From Epithemia pelagica (lineage: Eukaryota; Protista; Bacillariophyta), in the NCBI GenBank assembly GCA_946965045.2, contig OX337232.1, positions 3,162,001 to 3,226,000 on the forward strand: a stretch of 64,000 nucleotides of DNA, read 5' to 3'. This document shows, in pieces, positions 22,035 to 34,763 of this stretch (positions within the stretch are counted from its first letter, which is position 1; each line of letters opens with the position of its first letter). The notes beneath the pieces are model-generated. The model saw only the letters and a program-made list of their open reading frames with translations. It had not been told where the DNA came from and made no database searches. Made by a program: the position numbers and the translations under genes.

Positions 22035-25000
22035 TTACTTTGTTTTGGGTGTCGGCGGTGGAGACCCTCCCTTTTGGGTTTGTCGAGCCGCCGCATCCAT
22101 ACTAGCCTTCATTTCTCGTGCAATTTCTTGTCCCTTGTTTTCCCATTCCAATCGATTTTCGTAGGCACAATCCAACATTTCTTGGCAACACACACCAAAC
22201 ACGTGACAATCATTCAACTTCTTGGCCAAGGGAATAATGTAATTGTCGAAAAACCACAATTCGCCTTGATACCATCGTTCCGAGGGATCGGACGCGACAC
22301 GACCCTCCTTGTAGGCGCCGTACCTTTCTTGGAACAAGTTGCGATTCCACTTTTGATAAATGGTCCAATGCTGCATCGTATGACTGACATCGGATGCCTG
22401 AATCAAGTGTTCCAAGACAATCGTGGCCTTGCGATGGAGAGCATCGGGATCGTTGCTTTGAGCCGATTCAGAAAAGGCCAATTCCCATCGTCTGTCACGC
22501 ATGGCCTTGAGTTCGGGATCAAAGACATCAGTGGCCATGACGGCATTGACAACCAACTGGCGGAATCGTTCCAATTCTTGCTGAGAGGTAAACAAGAAGG
22601 AGCGCAATTCGCCATAAACTGGATCGAACAGTACGGACCAGGCGGCATCCACCGAGTTTTGTTCGGCCGCACTCTTGTTGTGGTACCGAACGGCCATGGC
22701 ATGATCTTCTTGAGCCAATTGACTGTTGGACACACCGGGATGTTCCACATCATGAATCAAGGCTGAGAAAATCATGGCCACTTCGGTGAGGGGATCAGAA
22801 CCCAATCCAAAGGAATGGAAATAAATTTCTTGTTGAGACAGAGTATGACTGTGTGTGGTAATGCGTTGCAAAAGTTTCTTGGTGGACATGGTCACATGAC
22901 AGGCATGGGCAAAGTTGTGAAAGGCATTGGGACGGTACATGAGAGCAATGGTGGAAATATAGGCTCGTAGTTGTTGGACCACCACAGGAGGCAACTCCAT
23001 GTCACTGGGATCCACTTCGACACTTTTCTTTTGAAAGGAGGGCAAATCAATCGATTCCACCACCTCTTCACGAGGGAACGTGGTGGCACCAGTCGAAAGA
23101 GACAATGCCGACCCTCCCGTCATGTCGGCATTTGCAGAATTAGAATCACGGAGCGCTTGACGATGTGCACTCAGTTTGCGGAACAAGCCTTCCAAGACGG
23201 ACACACTCCAATCCACCAATCGCCCATCGACTGACGACGGGAAGTCATCTTCGAGCGCTGCTTGAGCTGATGGATACATGGAACTTTCCACAATCGGATC
23301 AGGTGAATCGGCGCCCGTCGTAATGTCATTTTCTTCCGACACTTCTGATGCACGACTCTGGGGATGTCCTTTGGGTTCTACCCAATAAGTTTGCATCAAT
23401 CCCTTACCCTTGACATCCACCAATTCTTCCCGTTTTGTTAACCACGCCCCTTTGCCGGCGGCAATCAAGAGCTCTGCCGTCTTTTGTGAAATTTGAATGC
23501 GATTGGGAGTCCCATTGCTGTGCAGAGGTTGGTTCGAGAAAGAAAACGAAATGAGCACCATATCGATACATTCAGGAGAGGAACCATATGTATACCACCT
23601 CATCAATGACTTGAACTCACCTTTCCATACGCGCCGCTGTATTAACAGTATCCCCAAACAATTGGAATCGACTCTTTTGTCCTCGAAGGACTCCCGCCGT
23701 GACACTTCCCGAATTCAATCCACAGCGCAAGGTCAGGTCACTCGTGCCTGGTCCCAAGGTGAGTTCCAATTCGGTGGTTAACTGATTGGTCACTTGTCGA
23801 ATTTCTCCCGCAAACCGACACATGACAACGGCATGATGTTTGCGGGGAGTGGGAACTCCTGCCACGGCCACATAGCAATCTCCTACCGTTTCTACCTTGA
23901 AGACACCCCGACGTTCGCCAATCTTATCAAAGGCACCGTACAAGGTTTCCAAAAGAGTAAACACTTGAGTCGGTTCGCGACTCGAGGACCAGGCTGTAAA
24001 ACCCGACAAGTCCGCAAACAGAATGGTCTGGTAAACAGGAAATGAGAAAAGGTTTAGTAGGCAGTCCATGAAATGGCAGCGAGTCCGCCATCTAGCGAGT
24101 CGTCCTTACCGCTTCCGGAAAGAGATCGGCCAATGGTTGACCATTGAGTTGTGTGTCATCTCCATGAGTGGCATCATACGATGTCATGGTCAAGGGATTT
24201 CGTTCGCTACTATTTCCCGACTGGTTGTGTTTGTTGCTATTGTGGTTGTTGCCTGGATGTTGTTCCTGTTGTTCTTGTTGTTTCATAAGGCGATCTCGAA
24301 AGGTGGAGGGGAAGAGCGACGACACAATGGCATTGCTTCGGACGGCCGAGGACATGACCACACGTTGTCGTTTTTCGACACAAAAATCGTACACGACAAA
24401 GACGGCCGACGTGACAATGAAAATCAAACCCACCACCACGGTAATCACAATCGGTTGGGAGGTCAAGTAGGAATCTTCCATGGTCGAACTGGGATAAATG
24501 CGAATGGTAAAAGGACAGACATCTTCGTTAATGGGAATACCACTGTATTGTGATCCACGAGGAGAATAGGAATCCAAGTCATGAATCGAGGACGATTGTT
24601 CCATGTAGTCAAAGCGGGTTTCGTGATGATCGCCCGTTCCCATATACTTGACGGTAGGACCGTTAATCTGTGGTCCCGAGCAAACAAGGCAAAAGGAACC
24701 AAAGAGGAATGCGTGAGTACTACCTGTCGTCCATCTGGATTTGGAGCAGGCCAGTGCATTCACGTTGGTCCACATGCCAACACAATTTCACTCTCACAAG
24801 GACTACCACCACCTACCTCATAGGTAAAAGAGGGATTGCAGGGACTATCAAAGACGGTGACCATCCCATTGGATCCCTCGGGCAAAATACCCCTGATCAA
24901 ATCTCTCCAATAAATGGGCGCCGTCAAAAAGCCACCCAATTGATGATCGGCGGGATTGTACGTGTCGGGATCTTTCATCAAGTGAATCCGAGACGACCCA

Positions 25001-26683
25001 TGCGCCAAGATGGGATAATGCACATCACTCATGGGTTCTCGTGGTTCTTCTCCCGTCGTGATAAAGGCCTGGAACCATTCGGCATCGTATTCAATTTGTT
25101 CCAAACTTTCCAAATCGTCTGGATAGGCAATCATGTAGGCATCGGTCAAACTAACCTTGTGCGTTTCCCGAACCGCCACGGCACTTTCATTGTATACGAC
25201 CGACAACAAATCCCTGTGGATCAATGTATATACATAGGAATCGTATGGTAAAAGAGAAACGGAGGATGGTCATTTGTTGCAGATTTTGGCCGAATGGATC
25301 GGTTATTATCCACAAATGGATCGTGGAGGAGAATAGATAGCAGGGGTAGCAAAGAGGGGGTTGGGTAGCGGGGAGCGAAAAGGAGGTTTCGTGCGTGGGG
25401 TAGCAGGGGTAGTATATAGAGAAGAACACAGAGAGTTTTGGTTGAGAGAGACGGCGACACTCTCTTTTGTGGACGCTGTTGTATCTCCACTCGAGCCGCA
25501 AGCACGACATTGCATTGACACGTACCAATTGTAGGCTGGTTCCGACGGTGTGGCCACCACGGGAGAAATGTGCCACATGGGCATGAACGGTCCGGGATCA
25601 CTGGGATCCAACCCTACCGTTCCCCATTCACTTTCATTCTTGTCAAATTCACTGCAACCACAACAACCACAACAAAAGTGAGAGAGTGAGCAAAAAAGTA
25701 TCTTCAAGCCTGGACAATGTCCAACTCCAGAGTCGTTCTAGACACAGACACACACCCATGTCACACTGGAACGAACGTACCTGTAATCCCAAATGACATT
25801 CCAGGTGGGGACATTGACGGCATCGGTAAAGATTCCTTCGAGTTGTTGGACGCGAATGGTTTCATCGACCCAGTGTCGTCCATGTTGGGCACAATAGTCT
25901 TGCCATTCCTGACGTTGATGAGATTCGACATTGGCATAAATATTCAAATACAAGGCATTGGTCAAACTTCGCGTCTTTTCGGCCCGCACGGCAAAGTCGG
26001 GAATCTGAAACAAGACAAGAGAATAGCAGAATAGAACGTAGGAGTGGTTGTAGGTGATTCGATACACAATGTCAAGATTCAAGTCAATCCAAATACGCAA
26101 CAAGGAGAAACATGTTGAATGTGAGAAACGAGGAACAACGACGAAAAGGATAACCACTGCAAGCTTTGTTCCTCGATTCCTCTTTCTTCTACAAACGTAC
26201 CGTCACAAAGGGCCAGGTTTGATTGGTTTTTTTTGCTTCCGACACCATGTTCACAACCAAGGCATCGAGTCCGCCCAGAGTCAAATCCAAACTCAAGCCC
26301 AAACTGGCCAAGATTTTGTCGGCATTTTCATAAAATTGTTGTTCAAAGGAATCTTGTTCGGAATTGCGCAACGCATAAAAGACCAAGACTGCCACGGCCG
26401 TCATGCTACACAACAAGACACCAAAGACGAGCATGCGGACGCCACAGACGGCCTTGGTTTCGCGTTTGGCAATGGCCGGATTGGCCGTATCCTTGTTCTC
26501 GTTGCCTTCTGGATGGGGATGAACCGAAGAATCTCGCATGGTATCATCCAACATGCCCGCACTGGGATCTTCGTCTTGGTAATTGCTTGATGACAAGCTG
26601 AGAACGTCGTCGTCGTTGTTGTTGGCGTTTGCACCGTTTGTGGTTCCAGCACCCATTCGGGCACGTCGCAACATGCCCATCAT
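22035..26683 (-). CDS. Multi-exon receptor-type nucleotide cyclase fused to a cyclic-nucleotide phosphodiesterase
   Basis: TM, extracellular sensor and TM (...IYWRDLIRGILP...TIRIYPS). Class III cyclase motifs ILFADLSGFT, FKVETVGDCYVA and RFQLFGDTVNTAARMES (joined across an intron). PDE motifs HNFAHACHV, HDVEHPGVSN, ASDVSHTMQ and FFDNYIIPLAKKL. Confidence 0.9.
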
Positions 26684-29046
26684 GATTCCAAACAAAACGT
26701 TATTGTTGTTTTACCGCTTTCTTTCTTCTTCTCTGGTGCTCGTTTCTTTGACCAGAAGAGTCTTGCTGGGGGGAACTGGTTGGTTGTATGTGAGAAAGAG
26801 AGAGTGTTCCGATCTCTGCGGTAGGAGGGCGATTGCCAAAAAAATGTTGTGGGCCCGCCTCTATTCGTAGAGCTAATTGAGAGACTTGTTGGGCGCGTTG
26901 TTGTCTTTGGCCGCCCAAACCGCTTCCTCTAGACGGGACGACGTTGTATTGTATGTCATTGGGCGTGTGCTGAATTGATGGGGAATATCTCTTCGGTCGG
27001 ATTGTTTTGCCTCTTCGGAAGATGCGACGAAAAAAAGGGACGAGAGGTGATTGTTGCAAAGGTGTTGTGTGTGTGATATTTTATTTGGTTGGAGCTAATG
27101 GGCTGTTGTGAGTGTTATGTAACCTTATTATCTTGACCCTGTTTGTGCCGATGACACTCGACTGGATCAATGGGTTTTCTGTTGGGTCTTTCGAACGTCA
27201 ATTTCCGTCAAACATCGTGATGTGTCAACATGGTGGTCATTGACAAAGGAGTAGCTTATACTTACACCCTGTAACCCCCCTTAGCTAGTTAGAGCTAAAG
27301 GACTCTCTAGTAGCTAGAGGTAGGCAGGAGTACTACTTTCTCTTCTAGAGTAGCTAGAGAGCTAGGAGTACGACGTACGACAACAAGCTGACCAAGTTAT
27401 CTTGACCTGTCAGTCATGTTTCGTCACGTCCCATAGTCTTTGGGTGCGATGGTGACTGTCCATTCGAAGATTGATGGTTGGGCGATGTCTCTGGTGACAC
27501 ATTGTAGAGTAAATATGGATAGGTGTACATCAGACAGTACACACTACACACAATAGAAATTAAAAGGAAGTGAGTTGATCAAATATGAAATATTAGCATG
27601 GTCGGGTACGGGGGATATAGCTGGATGGGAGGTTCCCCCGCACCTCCCCAAAGTTAGTAATGATGAATTATGGTCCCAATACGGATACTCCATCATTGCC
27701 CATGAACGCACACAAGAATGAAACCCGTTCAGATTTATAGAAAAAGAGTCCCTTGATACCACTCTACTTCTCCACACAGATCAACGCAGTAGACGTGTGG
27801 CGCCAGGGCGCTTTCTCCTTGACCTTGTCGGGGAACGAAACACAATTGCCGATATGAATTATGAATACGCGTATGGTCCCTCTCGAATATTGATTTCGGA
27901 AAGAGAGAGTGAGGGAGATCTCCCTCCATGCATTTCCCGACTAGCTCAGGCGCTTTTGGTCTGTTGTAATTGGAATTGTCGCGGATCGCGAATCCAACTC
28001 AGAGACGACTCACCACCATCCAGTGTAAATTACTATTACTTTGCCAGAGTGGAGCTACTCCATTGTCTTGTCGCCGCGAAATGGGTGACATCACCTACCA
28101 GTATCGTGTTCTCTCCCCCCGCGCCTTGTCGAGAGGGGGGCTAGCCATCGAAACCAGTATGTCCCTCGGCAATTGCAGGTCGTCGTTGTTGTTGTCGTTC
28201 AATCATGGCACCTTGGTAGAAACGCAATAAAAGTAGCAGAGATTCTCCTAGGAAATTCGTGGTACGTGTCTCAAATTTTCTTACTGGGACATGTTTGATT
28301 TGTCTTTCTTTCTCCCTCGGCCCCTTTCTGGACAAACAACTCCAACGAATTGGGCGTGGCTGCCATCCACAACATGCATTTGAGAATATAGACTCCGAAT
28401 TGCCATTAAGTTGCAATCCATGCTGGAGGCGAATGCTACCCCCAACAAACTAGAAAACTGATGCCCATGCTCCCCCTACATTTGCATTAGGCCTTTTCCT
28501 CATTCCCCCAAACCTTGGATGGAGTGGTGGTTGGGTAACTCTCGTCTACATAGTGTACGATTGGTTGGGCGCATATGAAAGAATGGACAATATTACGGTA
28601 AAAAATAGTGGAACGCCCATAAATACGTCGAAAAAGGAGGATCCTATTGTTCCGGGACAACTCTCTCGTTTGTTTCTGCTTCATCTGGGGTCTGGGGAGA
28701 AAGATGATACTACTTCCTACTACCCTCTACTAGTACTAGCCGTGTGAGTGTGAGTAATGAAAACAACAAACCAATGCGCCCCCACGCTGCTTGTCTTTTG
28801 TGAGGGAGAGTCTGGTGTCTGTCGTTCTCGCTGGCCGGGGCCTCAGAAATACATGGCAGATACATGATTGGGTTAGAAATTTCACAAGACATAGACAAGA
28901 CAGCAAAATACTTAACGAAAACTCACACAAGACATGTCTTCTCTTACCTGTAGACATCGCGCGCCACGCGCAAAAAGCCACGGAATCTTGTCGACTTCCC
29001 CACAAAAAGATGAAAACGACGAGGAGTTCCGCTCCAACACGATTCC

Positions 29047-32000
29047 ATGCCAATGAGACCGGTCGCGGTTACCGTGGCCCAGGACATGGACAATGGTGTC
29101 CATGTTTCTGGAAGGACAATGGGCAGAGAGACGATGACTGGCACAGAGGATGACTCTCCACCACCTCCAGCACCAAGGGTGGTGCTGCACAACCCATACA
29201 AAAGGAAACCCAGTGAACAGGAGGGCATGGGTTGCCAAAGCCAACGACGAAACAACCAAACAAAACGGGCAAAATCGTTAGCACAACACCAAACAAAGTC
29301 AACAAAGAAGAAGAAGGAAGCAAGAAGACTGAACCAACTCACCCTGGAGAAGAAGAAGGCATTTGAGGAAGACAGGGACTGCAGAATCTGTTCTGCCAAG
29401 CATCTGGGCATCAAGCCCCCCAAACGATCTCACCACGAGTTTTGCACCAAGAACACAAAGACCAAGGGCATCCCTGATCATCTGGTGGAAGCATTGAGAG
29501 AGGAAGAAAGGCTGAAGAAGGAGGCAACAAGGGAGGTGACCTTCAAGCCCATCATCATGAGCCAAGAGGAATTCAACCTCTTCTTCCAACTCAACAATAA
29601 AGCAGTTTGTGATGCTTCAAACGAAGCCACAACCATAACGGCGGCGGATATTGAGATTTCAAGTAAACGGGGAGGAAGAAAGAACTGTGTTGCGCGCACG
29701 GACGCTCTCATCAATAACAAAGTTTTGTCTTCGGTTGGGTCGGCGGAGTATGTCTTTATGAAATCGGTACTCAACAAATATAAAGAAATCACGCCAGACA
29801 GTTCGATTACATGTCCGAAGATGATTTTCGCGCTGGCCAAGACAATCGCTGAAACTTGTTTAGAGAAGAAGCATGACCTGTCGTCACTTAAGGCATACAT
29901 GCGCAACATGGAGTTCTGTGTGCCCGACGTGCGTGACAACAACAATGCCCTGTGGGACTCAATAGTAGGGTGCAAATTATACATTGTGGATTGGGGGCTA
30001 TTTCTACCGGAAGAATTTAAAAATATTGGGCTCAAGTGTCCGAAGTGTAAGACTTGTACACTAAAAAGAGACCGCACAAACCTGTCCAGGAGTAAGAGTT
30101 TGTTCCCGATTTTTAATCTTGATGGTGCTCCACACTACGCCCTGGTCACGAACTACTACTGCCCGGAGTGCAAGGTGACGCATGCCGGCAACGACGGCGC
30201 ACTTCTGAACATGATGCCCTCACATTTTCAGAAATGGTACCCAGTCAAGGCAAAGTGGGCTCGAGGTGCGCAGCACTTGGATGTCATCTCTACAACCATG
30301 ATTGAGGAGTTGATGATCACCCATGGGAATGGGGATCTCGTCAGTGACCTCATATATGCTGCAATCAATCGTGATTATAGAGACAGGGTGACTAACTATA
30401 TGTCCTTTTGTGACTCTACACATCAGAGGGCCCACGACTATCCAGAGAAAGATGGAGAATGGTTGACCAGGTTCCCTCCATTGGGCGAAACCATCCGAAA
30501 AGCCTATCTAGAGGCCAGCCAGAGCACCTGGAATCCGTGGAGATTGAGTGACAAAGACAGGCACACGCACGAAATACAAGCAGTCAAATGCTCGACAAGC
30601 TTTGCTCAAGATCATACTTTCCAAGTTGTGAAAAATTATCCCAAAAGGATACAAGCCGAGGCCCTGTTTGATTGTTGTAATGAACATGGGGAAGTGCTCT
30701 TGGCTATTCTTGTCAAAACTACAGAAACCAAGCATTTCTCACATGCCGCAACCCAACTGGCCAAGCGACCAGGATTCCAACCATCTATCGTGTATTCGGA
30801 CACCTTCCCGCACAAAAAAGGCTATTGGGAGGAATTGTTGGATAAAGGCAAAGAAGGGAATAATGTCCAAGGTAGACTGGGCCTGTTCCATTTCATTCGC
30901 CGAATCACTAAGACCATGCGTCCGAGTCACATAGACTATGGTGATGCAATGCGTGACCTCCTCGACTGTCTATACGAGTATGACGACGGCGACTTTGGCA
31001 GACTCGTGACAGCCCTAAAGAATGGAGAAATGTCGGCAACAGGTGAGAAGTACAGTGACAAAGGCATTGCAGAGATGCGCCAAACAAAAACCTTTCGACA
31101 AAGGTAGTAGAACTCTCACCGAAAATCATCGGTTAGGTTCGGCACCTCATCGGTTAGTCGAGTCCCGTGGCTTCAAACATCACCTACATCACCTACATCC
31201 ACACTACATACCTAGCTTTGCGCTAGCTCAACCTATATTTCGGTCGCATATACCAAAAAGTGAGAACAGATTGACGAACGTGCTATCAAGACTCAACTTT
31301 GGTCTTGATATCCTATCAACGGACGATCATCCGTTGAACATCCGAGCCTGACCTATGCCCTAAGCGTGCGCGCCCAAATTCGTCAAGATGCGCGCAAGAA
31401 CTATCCGAGCGTGGCGATCATGTATCCGACCCAACGGTCTAAGTACACAAGGCACGAATCACGATCACGCGAGACCATATCATCGTTCCCACTATTTCAA
31501 GATTGCAAACAAGGACGCGCCAACAAAACTACATATACCAACTTTAGCCAAGAATCCTTGAGGCTGTATATGATATACAAGCACATATACATGTTATATA
31601 CCTCACATACATCAACTCCAACCATTCCAGACCTATCACCGCCAAGAACCTATTTCACACGATCGACAACAAGAATGGAAATCTCACACACCAAACCTAG
31701 TAGTAAGCTCACAATCATTAACATTACCATATCATCACGTCTTCAGTGTCCTGACTATCCCTACGATAGAACCCTTGGGTTTCCTTTGTTCTCTGACCCG
31801 TGGAGAACTTTGGTATCAGTTGGTAATCGATTGTGGCTCTTCTAGAGCGTGTACTGACGGAATTCTACTAAAAGGTATGGAAAGTACTTACGGAAGAAGA
31901 TTCGGGGGAAACAGGCCATCACAACAAAACTAGAAGAATGGAAAACCAAGTACAAGGTGAGAGCTTCCGAGGGTTCGAGTCCAGCACGAGGGAGGCTTGA

Positions 32001-33189
32001 TCCGCGTACACAGCAATCTCTGTTCACTGCTGAAACGCACCAGGCAATCGAAAACTGCAAAAACAAAGCGGAGTTCTTGTCGGATCCACTGCCAACGAAG
32101 AAAATGTATCGTGAGATCAAGGCCCATCCCAATTCAAAGCACGGGTTGAGTGAGTTTGTGTCTTACCGTGGTGAAAGTAAGCTCGAATCATGGCACGACA
32201 ACCTTGCCCATTTTGGGAATGGAGGTATGAACGAGGCACTCAGCGATGTGCTGAATCTCTGTGGAACAGCACGATACAACAAGAAAATACGACAAAACGT
32301 CCGTTTAGCCAGTCTCAATTCGCAACAACGCAACAAGAAAATGCCTGCAGCATGGGAAGGAGTTGTGAGTCACTGGAATCACTGCAAGTTGGCATTCATC
32401 AACAAGCTTGCCGTTCGCTGCGGGGCAAAGAAACCGTTCGACTACGTGGAGGACTTACCGGACGACAACGGTGAACGCTTCTTCTTGGAATATCTCTCAA
32501 TCCAAACAGAGATCCAGCAACAATGGCCGCTCCAATTCTTCCACAATGACCACTGTCCCTGCAATGGCTTTTCCAGTTATCTCCACAATAAAACACAACT
32601 TGCAATCGAAGAGATGGGAGACGATCATGAAGACAACAGCGATGACAACAACAACGGACAGCACGACGAGGAAGATGAATCAGATGAAGAGCAAGACATG
32701 AATGAAGAAAAAGAAAAAGAAAAGGAGAGTGACAGCGAAGATATCAACATGGCAGAGGAGGAGGGTGAGACAAACAGTATGCAAGCTGAATTATCTCCAG
32801 TGGCCGCCCATTTCCAGCCTGCAAAGAATCCAAATGCAACAACAACAACAACAAACATTACCATGCCTCCAACACAACAACAAATGATCCAGCACCAAGC
32901 GGTGCCATCCATGCAACACAACCAGACCAAGGTCTATCACTACCAGCAGCAATTGCTGCAGCAGGCAGCTTTCTTGTCCACGATCCTCTGCCAGCAAACA
33001 ACGGCCGTGCCCAATCCGGCCCATCGACAAATACTGCTGCCAAATCAACCACCACCACAATTCCCCCCGCAACTTCCAACCAACAACTGTTGCATCCGCA
33101 ACATTCAGTACTGGAATCGCCCCAATCGAAGGGGCATCCCACCGCATGACAAATCATGCCGAAACCATGCGAGCAATCGTCTGTATTGA
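29047..33189 (+). CDS. Putative DDE-type DNA transposase (MULE/KDZ-related, DUF6729-like), interrupted by an insertion at 31105-31870
   Basis: Removing the insert and one TSD gives the continuous FRQR-YGKYLRKK. Motifs AQDHTF, YSDTFP, LFHFIRRI and GESKLESWH fit an RNase H-fold D..D..H..E arrangement. CxxC pairs (CPKC, CPEC) and an N-terminal CxxC..HH..C. The exact superfamily is not certain. Confidence 0.65.
31105..31870. mobile_element. 766-bp non-coding insertion with 5-bp TSD (AAAGG) and 11-bp imperfect TIR (TAGTAGAA[C/T]TC)
   Basis: AAAGG at 31100-31104 and 31871-31875. Left end tagtagaactc; the right end gaattctacta reverse-complements to tagtagaattc. Confidence 0.85.
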
Positions 33190-34763
33190 GAAAAAATAAA
33201 AATAGTTAGTGAAATGAAAAAAGCAACATGATTCGGGCACCAGCAGTGCTTGAGCACTTACCATGGTGCTGTTACCGGAAACAGAAGAACGAAAGAAAAC
33301 AGTATTGGCAAGAACACAACAACAGTAGTGAGAAAGCCATCGTTGATAAAATAATGAGAAGATCTGCAAATTTGCTTGCCGTGGAGTAGCTAGCCATTTG
33401 CAAATCTTCGCGCAGTATACGGCGTTTTAAGTATGGCTAAAAGACACACACCGGCAATACGAACAAATGTCACAAGGCATATGTGAGGCTGACGTTGTTT
33501 TACATAGGCAAAAGACAGCTGCTCTCAGCACTTACCGTAGAAACACTCGTACGTTGACCGTGGGGACCTGCCAAATCCCCTCCTCTCTACTTCGTGGTCC
33601 ACCACGTACTCACCACACATTGCACACAGGGGAAGAAACAGGGACAAAGACAACAGCCAATTAGATCACATTCTGATAGCGGCAATCGCACGTTCTCGAC
33701 GAAGGGAATCTTACCATAATTTCTTCCTTCTTTTTCTTTTTTCCTTTTCTTCTTCTTTTTTTCTCCTCCTTTTTTCCCCTCCTCTTCTGTAAGATCCCCC
33801 TATATTTTCGGCCGGAGAGGGAGGGAGCGAGATGGTGTACGGTTCCGGATCAAACCGACCGTGTTCTCGAGTTCTCGCACATGATGAAGTTACGAGAAAG
33901 AGAATCAATCATATTGGGTGGATGGACCTAACTATTATTCTCGAAGTTCCCCGTCGTTTCGGCGTCTGATGGAGCAATGCAAGAAACAGAACTGAGGAAA
34001 CCAAGAGTTGGTTGTTGGTTGGTATCGAGAATCGAGACGGCGAACCAAATAATAATTCTCCTACTCTCAGTGCACTTCCAGTTTCCTGTTCTCTTGCCTT
34101 TGCTACTTATTTCCCTTGTTTGGAGGAGGATGTAGAAGCGGCAAGTTTCTTTTACACATACACACCCGGATTCCTCGCGGTATAGAGGGTTAGGATCTGC
34201 TAAGCTCTAGCTAGAGAGGTAGGTGGACTCAACCATGAGTGGATCCCTACTAGGTAGCTCCATTCCTTTCCTTCGGTTCCAACCATCCTGAGAAGAGAGG
34301 GTACTGGCCAATCGAGTTGCCAGACGACAAAAAGGCAACGAAAAGACTTCCTCGTGACGACGAGATAGTGGACAGGGACATGATGGCTATGGCTGCCTTT
34401 TTGAAGACATCCATAAAAGCGACTCATACGCGGCATAGAGGCGTTCACTTCGCGCACCCATCAACGCGCCCCTCACTTTTTTCGAGATTCTTCATTCTGC
34501 ACCTTCTGGATCATAAATGTGTTCGATTGCATTCCTTACTCGACCCTTCTGTCAATAACTGATTCTACACCAAGTTTCTTGGAGGACGATTGTTATCGAT
34601 GAATTACGTGTCACGGTGACTTCCAAAAGAAGCGCGAACGACAAGAACCAAGGCAACGATTCGCAATAGTTCTTCACCCCTTGATGTCACGTGAGATTCG
34701 GAGATTTTCAACACAACAATAGCAGCTTATATATCTCCTGACCCTCGCCCACCCTCTCCGATA

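Noticed and set aside
27540-28700. Fragmentary ORFs between the cyclase and the transposase
   Set aside because: Stop-riddled in all frames; I could not assign a family or find element ends.
31811-31819. TGGTATCAG, a partial tRNA-Met primer-binding-site-like string inside the 766-bp insert
   Set aside because: Only a 9-nt match, not preceded by an LTR-like CA end, and not followed by gag.
31366-31845. 159-aa ORF within the insert
   Set aside because: GTG start and no motifs; probably incidental.
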